Source of the DNA: Eledone cirrhosa
Lineage: Eukaryota
Direction: 5' to 3'
DNA: 64,000 bases
Assembly: GCA_964016885.1 (NCBI GenBank)
Contig: OZ024741.1
Location: forward strand, 387,748,001-387,812,000
Program-made: the position numbers and the translations under genes
Shown here: positions 13,301-25,300 of the stretch, one piece after another
Position numbering within the stretch: position 1 is the first letter of the stretch
How the letters are laid out: each line of letters starts with the position of its first letter
The notes under the pieces: model-generated
What the model was told of the DNA's origin: nothing
Databases searched by the model: none
The model's input: the letters and a program-made list of their open reading frames with translations, nothing else

Positions 13301-16300
13301 TATTTAATATAAGCAGTTTTTTTATAAAATCATAAGAGAACATTTTAATATAATTTCAAAATTAATAATAGAAGGTTTTAATATAAGTATCAACATTTTA
13401 AAATTAACAGTTTTGTATCACAAGTATTAAGGATTTGTGTCATAACTAGAACTGCAGCATTGAAGAATTGTCTTCAGAAATGGGAAAAAATGAAAGTTTT
13501 TTTCAAATTTTGATTGGACTGTGTATTATTTTACAGGAGGACATAGTGCATTTGTTGAAGCAATCAACACGGCTTTTGCACTACTGTGCCACACCACTCC
13601 TGTTTTCTCCAGCTTGGCGTAAAGAAGTCCTCAGAAGAGTACCTTCCAAAAAACCAGAACTAACATCAGCTTCATTTGCGCAAGAGAAAACCGAAACCAA
13701 ACCAGTGCGTTACCACCAACTTTTTTTATCTTTTTCTTATATTTATTTGGATTTATGTTTTGAATTTACATTTTATCTTTAGTCTGTAAAATTCTCTGGG
13801 ATACTGTTTTGGCCTTCCCCCTCTTTATCTCTCCATATATGTATATATATATATATCAGTAGCAGCATTATCATCTAACATCCACCTTCCATGCTAGCAT
13901 GGGTTAGGCGAGTTGTCCCATTTGAGGCAAGTTGGATCAGGTGACTATGACATGCTCATCTAGAACTGTTTCTATCTAAATTTCTACAGCTGGGTGTTGG
14001 CTGGGTGCTTTTTGTCTTGACACCTACACAACCACTTTACAGTGTGGGCTGGGTGCTTTGTCATGACACTGCCACAACCACTTTAGAGTGAGGGCTGGGT
14101 GCTTTGTGTCGTGACACTTACACAACCACTTTAGAGTCTTGGCTGGGTGCTTTGTGTCATGACACTTGCACGGCCACTTTACAGTGTGGTATAATATATA
14201 TATATATATATATTGTCACTGCCATGAAGCATCACACTTTGCACACAGGTGTCATACAGTCGTCCTTTTGTATGTAGGAAGAAACCTTTTGTTGTCAACA
14301 GTGGGACTAGCTCTCTAAGATTCTTCCATCCTATCTTTATTCTACATATTATGCTCCCAGAGCAACCTTCGCCACTGCTGATTAAGTCATCTAGATAACA
14401 ACCACTTCTATGGACCCTTCCTGTAACTTGAAGAGGTTTATATCACTGCTGCTCTACCCTTTGATATATATATATCATCATCATCATTTAATGTCTGCTT
14501 TCACTGCTAGCAAAAGTTGGACAAGTCTACATAGACCAAGACTCAAGTGGGGCTACTGACCTCCCAGACAGGCAGAAGTGGTTGTTATCTAGGCATAGAT
14601 AACTGTTTCTACTTTTGGCACAAGGCCAGCAATTATATCAGTGTATTACTGGTGCTTTATTTTATCGACCTTGTAAGGATGAAAGGCAAAGTTAACCATG
14701 GCGGGATTTGAACTCGGGTCATAAAGGGCTGTAACTCTTTGCTGCAAAGCATGGCATCCGACCTTCTACCGATACTGCCATTCCACCACCCTATCTAGGC
14801 ATAGATAACATAGATATGTAAGCATCCTGCTTACATATGGTCATATATTCTATCAAATACAGAGAAGTTGTGTCATTTGAAAGAAACTGAAGTGTCCTCC
14901 CAACCTCTTGTTTGGCAAGTTTTCTATGGCTGATGCCTTCCCTAGCATCAACCATTTTACAGCATGTACCGGGTGTGTTTGTGTAAATCACAAATAGAAT
15001 TTTTTATATATATAGATATATATATATACACATTTTTCTTGAGTATATTCTCTATTCTCTTCTGAAATGATGACTAAGTATTTTTCTCTCCTTCCAGGCT
15101 ACAGTTACCAAGAGTGTAAGTTTATTTCAATATCCTCTGAATTTATTATGTATTGTAATGATCTTTTGCTGCACTAAGAAAACTGAAACAAAGAAATTAG
15201 TTAGATCCTGGGTCTTCAGTTCAGATCGGTAGAACACTTAATTACATGGGCTTTATTTAGTACTAGCAGTGTATCCCAGTGTTGCACGGGTAAGAACATT
15301 GGTAATAGCACCTCCAATGAAAAACGTTTATTTGTGGGTGCCTGTTAAAAACTCACGAAAATATACTGACAGGAAACGTGTTTTATTTGGAGAAAATTAA
15401 GATGTTGAAAGTACAGTTTAGCTGTCTACGTGCATTGTTCATAGAAATATTGTTGAGCCCCTTCTTTTCATACTCCTCTGTTTTGGCCTATTGGAGTAAA
15501 TGTGAAAGAGAAAGTCACAGGTTAAGTTGGCAGAAGGTTCCAGTGCAATAGCAATAAGACGTAGGCTACTTACCTCAAAAGTTCATTCGCACTCTTGTCA
15601 CTAAGTTAGTCTTTCTCTCTATCCCTCTCAGTGTGCAGTCCCTTGCGAATTTCTCGCGTAGGCCTGGTGTAGATATGCACCTGATCCATCTGCCCGATGC
15701 ACATGTCCGCTTTGCACGGCTTTTGGAGGAAGGAGTGACCAGCAGTACGTTGTTCGGTATTATTACGAAAAGGTGTAGCAGAGAATCCCGCGTGAACTAA
15801 CAGCTCGGGAGGAAACTGCTTACCTCGAAGATTCATTCTCCATCTTTCTTGTTAACGCTCCGTTTAGTTGGTATTTGTTGGTCTACCGTTAGATGAATGG
15901 CACACAAAGGGTTAATGTTTATTGGCAAGAAGTGGCAACTGGGCTGGCTTGCCTTGCTTATATTATATATTAAAATAACAGATTAAAGTTTAAGCAAAGA
16001 ATTGCTGCTTTCACCCTTAACGAGATCTTCTGAAACTAAAAAAATCAATCTGTGAAAGCAGAAGTAAATATTTCAAAAAACGTTGCAACCGAAGGAAAAC
16101 AGGAAGACGATACTTTGGTTCATGAAGATGTTCCCTGGTAATGAATGGAAAATAGCGAAGATAATACGTCATCAATGTTCGTCAGAATGTCGTAATGCAG
16201 ACAGCCAGGCATACAGACAGATATTATAAGGGCGCGACAGAGATCGATAACCGGCACCTACCACCCCTTTAACAACAGAAAATTGAAAAATAAAAGCTGC

Positions 16301-19300
16301 AGTTAATATCTTTAGACCACAAGGAATATATAAATGCAAGTTTGAAGTCAATCGGAGTAGAAATGTGGATTTGTATAGACTTTGCAAAAATGAGGACACA
16401 CTCAGACAACTACAGTTTTATATATATGTATAGATGCATTCATACAGGGAATAACGTACCAGCTCGTCCAAGATGTAGATGTTCATGGTTATTTTAGTTC
16501 AATACTCCTATAATCATTAGAATCCCAAACAGTCATCAAAATATTTAGATGATTACCACAGTAAAAACTGAATAAAAATAGAAAATATATTCTAAATAAT
16601 ATTACCCTTACCAGAAGATGTGACAGAGTGTCTGTTGTTAACACTAAATCCCTCCCCCATGAAGAATTCACCTCCCAACATAGACTGATAATTAGCGACC
16701 TCATAGTCAGGACGAGACGTACTAGACAGCGGAAGAGGACTATCCTCAGGAGAAAAATATGGAAGCTAAAGGACCCCATAGCCAGAAATAAATTTCAAAG
16801 CATATTACTTGACGCTTTCGACAGTAAGGAAGAGTCGTATAATATAGAGGAACAGTGGGAATTCCTGAGAGCAAACCTGCTGACGGCGGCAGACGAAGTC
16901 TGTGGCTGGAGCAGGCCTGTAGGTAGGAGGAGAGTAACATGGTGGTGGAACAGTAAGGTGGAGGAGTCAATTAAGGCCAAAAAGCAGGCTTGGAAAGCAT
17001 GGCGGGATGGGGGAAGTAGAGAAGACTATCAGGTGGCCAGGAGGGAAGCTAGGAGACAAGTGTACTTCGCAAGAAGGAAAGCAGAGGAAAGAAAGTTCAA
17101 GCATGTTCTACAACGTGAGGACCAAAAACGTGAGGTGTCAAGGAAAACCGTGATATTGTCGGGGAGAAGTGTGTACTTAACGATGATGGCATACTTGCCA
17201 TCACCGACGCTGATAAGAAGGTAGCTTGGAAGTGTCACTACGAAAGGCTTCTAAATGAGGAGAACAAATGGGAGAAAGACAGTCTCCCCCACATCGACCC
17301 AATAGAGGGACCAGCAGTGTTAGTCCAGGGTAGTACAATAAGCAAGGCAATCAAAGATATGAAGACGGATAAGGCGGCTGGTCCTTCGGAAATAGTTGCT
17401 GAGATGCTGAAGGCATCTGGTTCGGTGGGACACACCATGGTCACCCGGATAGTTAACCAAGTCGTACAGAATGGGGTTGTTCCGAAGGACTGGCGTAGCA
17501 GCATCATCATTAACTGCTATAAGGGAAAAGGAGATGCCCTAGATAGGAGTAACTATAGAGGCATTAAATTAATCGACCAGGTCATGAAGGTCACGGAAAA
17601 AGTAATAGCGCAACTAATCAGAGAGAGAATTGATCTAGATGAAATGCAGTTCGGATTTGTGTCAGGCAAAAGTACCACAGACGCTCTTTTCATTGTACGA
17701 CAACTACAGGAGAAGTACCTAGCTAAAAGTAAACCCCTATACTTAGCTTTCGTCGACTTGGAGAAAGCCTTCGACAGAGTCCCCCGTTCCATTATCTGGT
17801 GGGCTCTTAGAAAACTAGGTGTTGACGAATGGCTTGTGAGAGCTATACAAGCCATGTATAAAGAAACAGTCAGTAAGGTTAGAATTAACAACGAATATAG
17901 TGAAGAGTTTAGCGTAAAAGTTGGTGTTCATCAGGGCTCTGTTCTTAGCCCCCTACTATTTATTATTGCCCTTCAGGCTATAACAGAGGAGTTCAAGACC
18001 GGCTGCCCATGGGAACTCCTATACGCAGATGATCTAACGCTCATAGCTGAATCAATGACCGAACTAGAGAAGAAATTCCAAACATGGAAGCACAGCCTAG
18101 AATCAAAAGGCCTTAAAATTAACCTGGCTAAGACTAAAGTTCTAGTTTGTAGGAGAGAAAATAAGGCGGCAGTCCCATCTGGGAAATGGCCATGCTCAGT
18201 GTGTAGGAAAGGCGTAGGTAGAAACTCCATTTTATATCCCAAATGCAAAGTATGGGTGCATAAAAGATGTAGTGGGATCACAGGTAAGCTAACTAAGAAC
18301 ATAGATTTTACATGTGGCCGGTGCTCTGGTGCAATAAGTAGCAGAAAGTGCCCACAAAATACTAGCTCCTTCAACTGCGCAGAGGGTTCTATAGAAATAG
18401 TGGACAGCTTCCGTTACCTGGGTGACAAAATCAGCAGTGGGGGAGGGTGCTCTGAAAGTACAGTAGCTAGAGTCAGAACTGGATGGAAAAAGTTCAGAGA
18501 GCTTATACCACTATTAGCCGATAGAGGGTTCTCCCTAAAAATGAAAGCAGGTTATACGATGCCTGCATACGAACAGCAATGCTGCATGGCAGTGAGACCT
18601 GGGCATTGTGTGCAGAGGATATACGCAGACTAGAGAGGAACGAAGCTTGCATGCTCCGCTGGATATGCAATAGTAATATACGTGAACGGCAAAGCATAAA
18701 CGAACTAAGGAAAAAATTAGAAATAAGAGGGATCAGATGTTGTTTACTCGAGAGAAGGCTACGTTGGTACGGTCACGTGATGCGCATGAAAGACGACAGC
18801 TGTATAACAAAGTGCAGGGCAATAAAGATAGACGGTAGCCACGGAGTAGGCAGACCCAGAAAAACATGGGACGAGCTGATAAATTCCGACCTCACACGCT
18901 TACACCTCTCCAAGACAATGTCACTGGACCAAGACCTTTGGCGGTACTCAGTAATAGAGAAGACCCGCCTTACCTAAATACAAAGTAAAAACCTACTACA
19001 GTCAGTAGGCATCTCTATCAAAACACCCCCCCCCCGTCCCACCACCTCCACCCCATCCACACCGCCCCTTTCAATGTAAAGTTATGTTGGTCCCACAACA
19101 TCCAGGCCGAAACAAATGAGATCGTGTAGGTGTCACGACAAAAAAACACACAGTCCACGCTGTAATGTGGCCGTGTAGGCAACACGGTAAAAACCTCCCA
19201 GCCCCACACTGTAAACGTGGTTGGTGTTAGGAAGGGCATCCAACTGTAGAAAACCCGCCAGACAGTCCTATGCGAGCAAGACAACCACTCTTGCCTCAAG

Positions 19301-22300
19301 TGGGAAAACCCCCGTCCAAACCCATGCAAGCATGGAACACGGACGCTAAACCTGATGATGATGATGATGATGATGATTACCCATTTTTAATCAAGGAGCT
19401 CTTGGAATAATCTAGTAATTGCTCAAGTGATTTCAAGACTATATATATATATATAAGCTTTATTGGCTGTATTCAAAAGAAACTATGTAATATGATAGCT
19501 GCAGCTTGATAATGCCTGTTTTCCACATTTGGTGGATGTTGTGGTCCATGTTTGCTTTGCTGAGTTTGGAAAGTTGGGTGGCCCATATTCAGCTTGCCGA
19601 ATTTGGAGTGTGGGTCATGGTTTGGTTTAGCAGGAATTATGAGTGCAAGTTGGTGTTTGGTTTAGGGTGTACTCTCTGTTTTGTGGACAGATTGGAGCAA
19701 TAACGGTTTTATTTACACACAATTTTATTTTGTGTGTTAATTTTTGTAATAATCTTTGTTGTAAAACAAGTATGTCAATCTAATTTATTCCAATAGCTAT
19801 AAACTACATAATCACTATTTTCAACCAAAATTCTGAATAATAAGAACATTAGAAAATAGACACTAAATAGTAATACTTACTTTTATTCAAGGAGCTCCTT
19901 GTAAAATAGTTGCTGCCACCTCAAACCCCTCCCAACCCCACCATCCTTATCATTACCAATACCAGGTAAACCAGTCAAAGAACAGTAGTAATAAAACAAC
20001 AAAACAGTGTCACAACCAAAGGGCCTGTATTACTATTACACATTTTATTGATATTTAGTAGCAGTAGTCTGTTACTGTTTGAGGAAATAGATGACAGGTC
20101 AGTTTAAAGCTGAAAGAATTTATCATACTCATGAACCCTTCAAACATCATGATGAAAACCAACCCAAACTCCCACTGCCACTCTCTGAAACCATCCTTCT
20201 TCCTGCAAGTTCCAGAATTCAAAGGCTGTCACCCTCAATGAAAGGGAGGTGAAGTGAGATTATAGAACTATTAGAGTGAAAGCATATGGATGTATGCTGT
20301 GTACAAGGGACTAGATAGAGAAGTGCCTCAGTCTGATTCCTTACAGGCAAAAAACAATGCTACAAATTTTTCTGGATAGGCAACAGTCATTGGATTAGAG
20401 GGAGTAGATATATTGTTGGCAGTAAAGGGGATAGTTTCATAGAGTAGGCAACAGTCATTGGATTAGAGGGAGTAGATATATTGTTGGCAGTAAAGGGGAT
20501 AGTTTCATAGAGTAGGCAACAGTCATTGGATTAGAGGGAGTAGATATATTGTTGGCAGTAAAGGGGATAGTTTCATAGAGTAGGCAACAGTCATTGGATT
20601 AGAGGGATTAGATATATTGTTGGCAGTAAAGGGGATAGTTTCATAGGGTAGGCAACAGTCATTGGATTAGAGGGAGTAGATATATTGTTGGCAGTAAAGG
20701 GGATAGTTTCATAGAGTAGGCAACAGTCATTGGATTAGAGGGAGTAGATATATTGTTGGCAGTAAAGGGGATAGTTTCATAGAGTAGGCAACAGTCATTG
20801 GATTAGAGGGAGTAGATATATTGTTGGCAGTAAAGGGGATAGTTTCATAGAGTAGGCAACAGTCATTGGATTAGAGGGAGTAGATATATTGTTGGCAGTA
20901 AAGGGGATAGTTTCATAGAGTAGGCAACAGTCATTGGATTAGAGGGAGTAGATATATTGTTGGCAGTAAAGGGGATAGTTTCATAGAGTAGGCAACAGTC
21001 ATTGGATTAGAGGGATTAGATATATTGTTGGCAGTAAAGGGGATAGTTTCATAGGGTAGGCAACAGTCATTGGATTAGAGGGAGTAGATATATTGTTGGC
21101 AGTAAAGGGGATAGTTTCATAGAGTAGGCAACAGTCATTGGATTAGAGGGAGTAGATATATTGTTGGCAGTAAAGGGGATAGTTTCATAGAGTAGGCAAC
21201 AGTCATTGGATTAGAGGGAGTAGATATATTGTTGGCAGTAAAGGGGATAGTTTCATAGAGTAGGCAACAGTCATTGGATTAGAGGGAGTAGATATATTGT
21301 TGGCAGTAAAGGGGATAGTTTCATAGAGTAGGAAACAGTCATTGGATTAGAGGGATTAGATATATTGTTGGCAGTAAAGGGGATAGTTTCATAGAGTAGG
21401 AAACAGTCATTGGATTAGAGGGAGTAGATATATTGTTGGCAGTAAAGGGGATAGTTACATAGGGTAGGCAACAGTCATTGGATTAGAGGGAGTAGGTATA
21501 TTGTTGGCAGTAAAGGGGATAGTTTCATAGAGTAGGAAACAGTCATTGGATTAGAGGGAGTAGATATATTGTTGGCAGTAAAGGGGATAGTTTCATAGGG
21601 TAGGCAACAGTCATTGGATTAGAGGGAGTAGATATATTGTTGGCAGTAAAGGGGATAGTTTCATAGAGTAGGAAACAGTCATTGGATTAGAGGGAGTAGA
21701 TATATTGTTGGCAGTAAAGGGGATAGTTTCATAGAGTAGGAAACAGTCATTGGATTAGAGGGAGTAGATATATTGTTGGCAGTAAAGGGGATAGTTTCAT
21801 AGAGTAGGCAACAGTCATTGGATTAGAGGGAGTAGATATATTGTTGGCAGTAAAGGGGATAGTTTCATAGGGTAGGCAACAGTCATTGGATTAGAGGGAG
21901 TAGATATATTGTTGGCAGTAAAGGGGATAGTTTCATAGGGTAGGAAACAGTCATTGGATTAGAGGGAGTAGATATATTGTTGGCAGTAAAGGGGATAGTT
22001 TCATAGAGTAGGCAACAGTCATGGATTAGAGGGAGTAGGTATATTGTTGGCAGTAAAGGGGATAGTTACATAGAGTAGGCAACAGTCATTGGATTAGAGG
22101 GATTAGATATATTGTTGGCAGAAAGGGGGATAGTTACATAGAGTAGGCAACAGTCATTGGATTAGAGGGATTAGATATATTGTTGGCAGAAAAGGGGATA
22201 GTTACATAGAGTAGGCAACAGTCATTGGATTAGAGGGAGTAGGTATATTGTTGGCAGTAAAGGGGATAGTTTCATAGAGTAGGCAACAGTCATTGGATTA

Positions 22301-25300
22301 GAGGGATTAGATATATTGTTGGCAGAAAAGGGGATAGTTACATAGAGTAGGCAACAGTCATTGGATTAGAGGGATTAGATATATTGTTGGCAGAAAAGGG
22401 GATAGTTACATAGAGTAGGCAACAGTCATTGGATTAGAGGGAGTAGGTATATTGTTGGCAGTAAAGGGGATAGTTTCATAGAGTAGGAAACAGTCATTGG
22501 ATTAGAGGGAGTAGATATATTGTTGGCAGTAAAGGGGATAGTTTCATAGAGTAGGCAACAGTCATTGGATTAGAGGGAGTAGATATATTGTTGGCAGTAA
22601 AGGGGATAGTTTCATAGAGTAGGAAACAGTCATTGGATTAGAGGGAGTAGGTATATTGTTGGCAGTAAAGGGGATAGTTTCATAGAGTAGGCAACAGTCA
22701 TTGGATTAGAGGGAGTAGATATATTGTTGGCAGTAAAGGGGATAGTTTCATAGAGTAGGCAACAGTCATTGGATTAGAGGGATTAGATATATTGTTGGCA
22801 GAAAAGGGGATAGTTACATAGGGTAGGCAACAGTCATTGGATTAGAGGGATTAGATATATTGTTGGCAGAAAAGGGGATAGTTACATAGGGTAGGCAACA
22901 GTCATTGGATTAGAGGGAGTAGATATATTGTTGGCAGTAAAGGGGATAGTTTCATAGGTCTCATCTAATGACCAACTTCTTTTTTTTTCTTTCTATAAGA
23001 GATATATTTCTATAAGAGATATATTACTATAAGAGATATATTACTATAAGAGATATATTACTATAAGAGATATATTACTTATATGAGGATTATATGAAAT
23101 TATTTTTTATTTCATTTTTGGTTTTTTTTTTATGAAACAGCGCTCCCGCCATAGTTCTGGAGCATCAATAGCCAGTTTGCTCTCTAAACGGCATGAGACC
23201 AGTCAAGAAGGCAAGAAAAAAGATCGTTTCTCTCAAGACAGCATGGAGTCTCCTCAGCAAAAGAACTGCTCAATTGAATCCACTCAGGAGGAAGAAGATT
23301 GGCATAAAGAGATTCGCAAAAAGTTTCTTTCTCAATATATGCAACATCTTCAGTCTTTGGGATTCTTCCCAATTCAAACCCGGCCTGCTTCTCCAAAACG
23401 AAAGTAATTTCTATCTTTTTATTTATTTATTTTTGTCTGTTTCAACTTTGTTAATGAAAAAGAACTGTATTTTAAAGAAGTTGAATGGGTAAAATACTAA
23501 AATCCTTCCACCAACATGTTTGTGATGGTGGTGGCAATGATGGACGTAGTGGTGGTGCTGGTTCTGGTGGGGTGACTGAATCTTTCCATGTTCAATGACA
23601 TACCCAAGTAATGGGAATAGTTTTCTTAATTTTTACCTTGCTCAAAAATGTGGCCTTATGTATTATGTGAGAAATTATTACTACTACTGCCATCACCGCC
23701 TCCACTGTTGCTGCTACTACTACTCAGGTGGGGGATTGGAAGAAGTGTTAGAACATTGGACAAAAATGCTTTACAGTATTTGTTTCACTTCATTACATAA
23801 TGAATTCAAATCCTGCTTAGGTCAACTCGACTTCTCATCCTTTTGGACTTGATAAAATAAAGTACCAGTAAAATACTTGAGTCGATATAGTCAACTTTCC
23901 CTTTCCCTCAAATTGCTGGCCTTTTGCCAAAAGTAGAAAAAATTATTATTTATGTTTTTCCTATTCCTTCAGTTTTGTTTCCATTTCTTATCGAGTGTCT
24001 TCCCGAGGGTAGTGAAACTCACCACATACATTGATAAGCCACAAAAATAAACACATCACATTGTTCATTTTACACACTTTACGCCACCTTTTTTTGGCCA
24101 GGAAGGACAGGCAGCAGTTTTCCTGTCTGGTGGCCGTAATGAAGGAGGTTGTGTGGTGGACCAGGTTGAAAGGACTGAAGGCACACTTTTCTCTTTGGCC
24201 AATCCCTCATCAACTTTTTCAAGTTTCACATGGAATGGAAGGTGAAGGTGCAGAGGGGAGTACTGCCCCCCCCCCCCCCCCCCAGTACATTTGCTAAAAG
24301 CTGGGGGAATGTTGAAAGAATGGGCCTACTCTGAGCATGTGCTTGTAGGCTGGTTGATTCAGAGAGGAGAGGGGCGTCCTCCTAGGGTGTTCTTTGAGCA
24401 TCGGGTGGTTAAGGATTTGTGAGGTTCCTAAGTTGCTCATGGGTGGTCCTCCCTCCTATTGGGGAATCTTCATTGTTGTAATTCTTTCGTTTTTGTTCAT
24501 TGTTATTTGTTTAATTTCTTTCTTCACAATTTCAGTGTAAACCCTCACTGTCCCTGTCTATTGTATTGCCCCCCACCCCGTCTTTTGTTGGCCCTTGTTG
24601 CAAATAAAAAGAAATTATTATTATTATTATTATTATTACAGTAACAATCGTCAAACCTTGAAGAAACTACCATCAGATCCAACACGCAACTCACGAGAGG
24701 ATGCTGAAAAGAATAAGAAAGAGGTCTATGACATGCAGAAGACACTGCCGGGTGGTATGATTTTAATGGAACTCAGTTTCAGTGACCAACATTACTATGT
24801 TAAACTATATGGTTATGACTGCTCCCGAATGGGAACCAACGTCAATTCTCAGGTATGGAAACATTATCACATTTACTTAACTTTAATACACTGCTGATGC
24901 GCCTGTTGGTAACTTAAACTCTTTAAATTCTGTGAATATGTACAACATTCAAGGAGGACACAGCATGAAAATAACAATTATCTTGTGAAAATATTTTATT
25001 AGAATCTTTTCTTATTACCATTATCACAATAAAGTTATTAAATATAGAAAAAAGCGCTCCTTATTATCACCAACTTCATCATTGGTATTGACAAAATTGT
25101 GAGGGCATTGGACAAAATGATTTGTAGTATTTGATTTCAGCTCTTTATGTTCTGAGTTCAAATTCTGCCTATGTCAACTTTGCCTTTCATCTTTCCAGAA
25201 TTGACAAATAAAGTACCAGTAAAGTACTCGGGTTAATTAAATTATCCCCACTATCCTCTGTTAAATTGCTGGCCTTGTATTTAAATTAGAAACAATTGCT

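Noticed and set aside
17317-18977. Truncated RTE copy as a functional RT gene
   Set aside because: 5'-truncated, with two frameshifting deletions and a Cys-to-Tyr change in the finger.
20377-22958. CRISPR-like array
   Set aside because: No unique spacers. It is a pure head-to-tail 68-bp repeat in a eukaryotic intron, with no cas genes.
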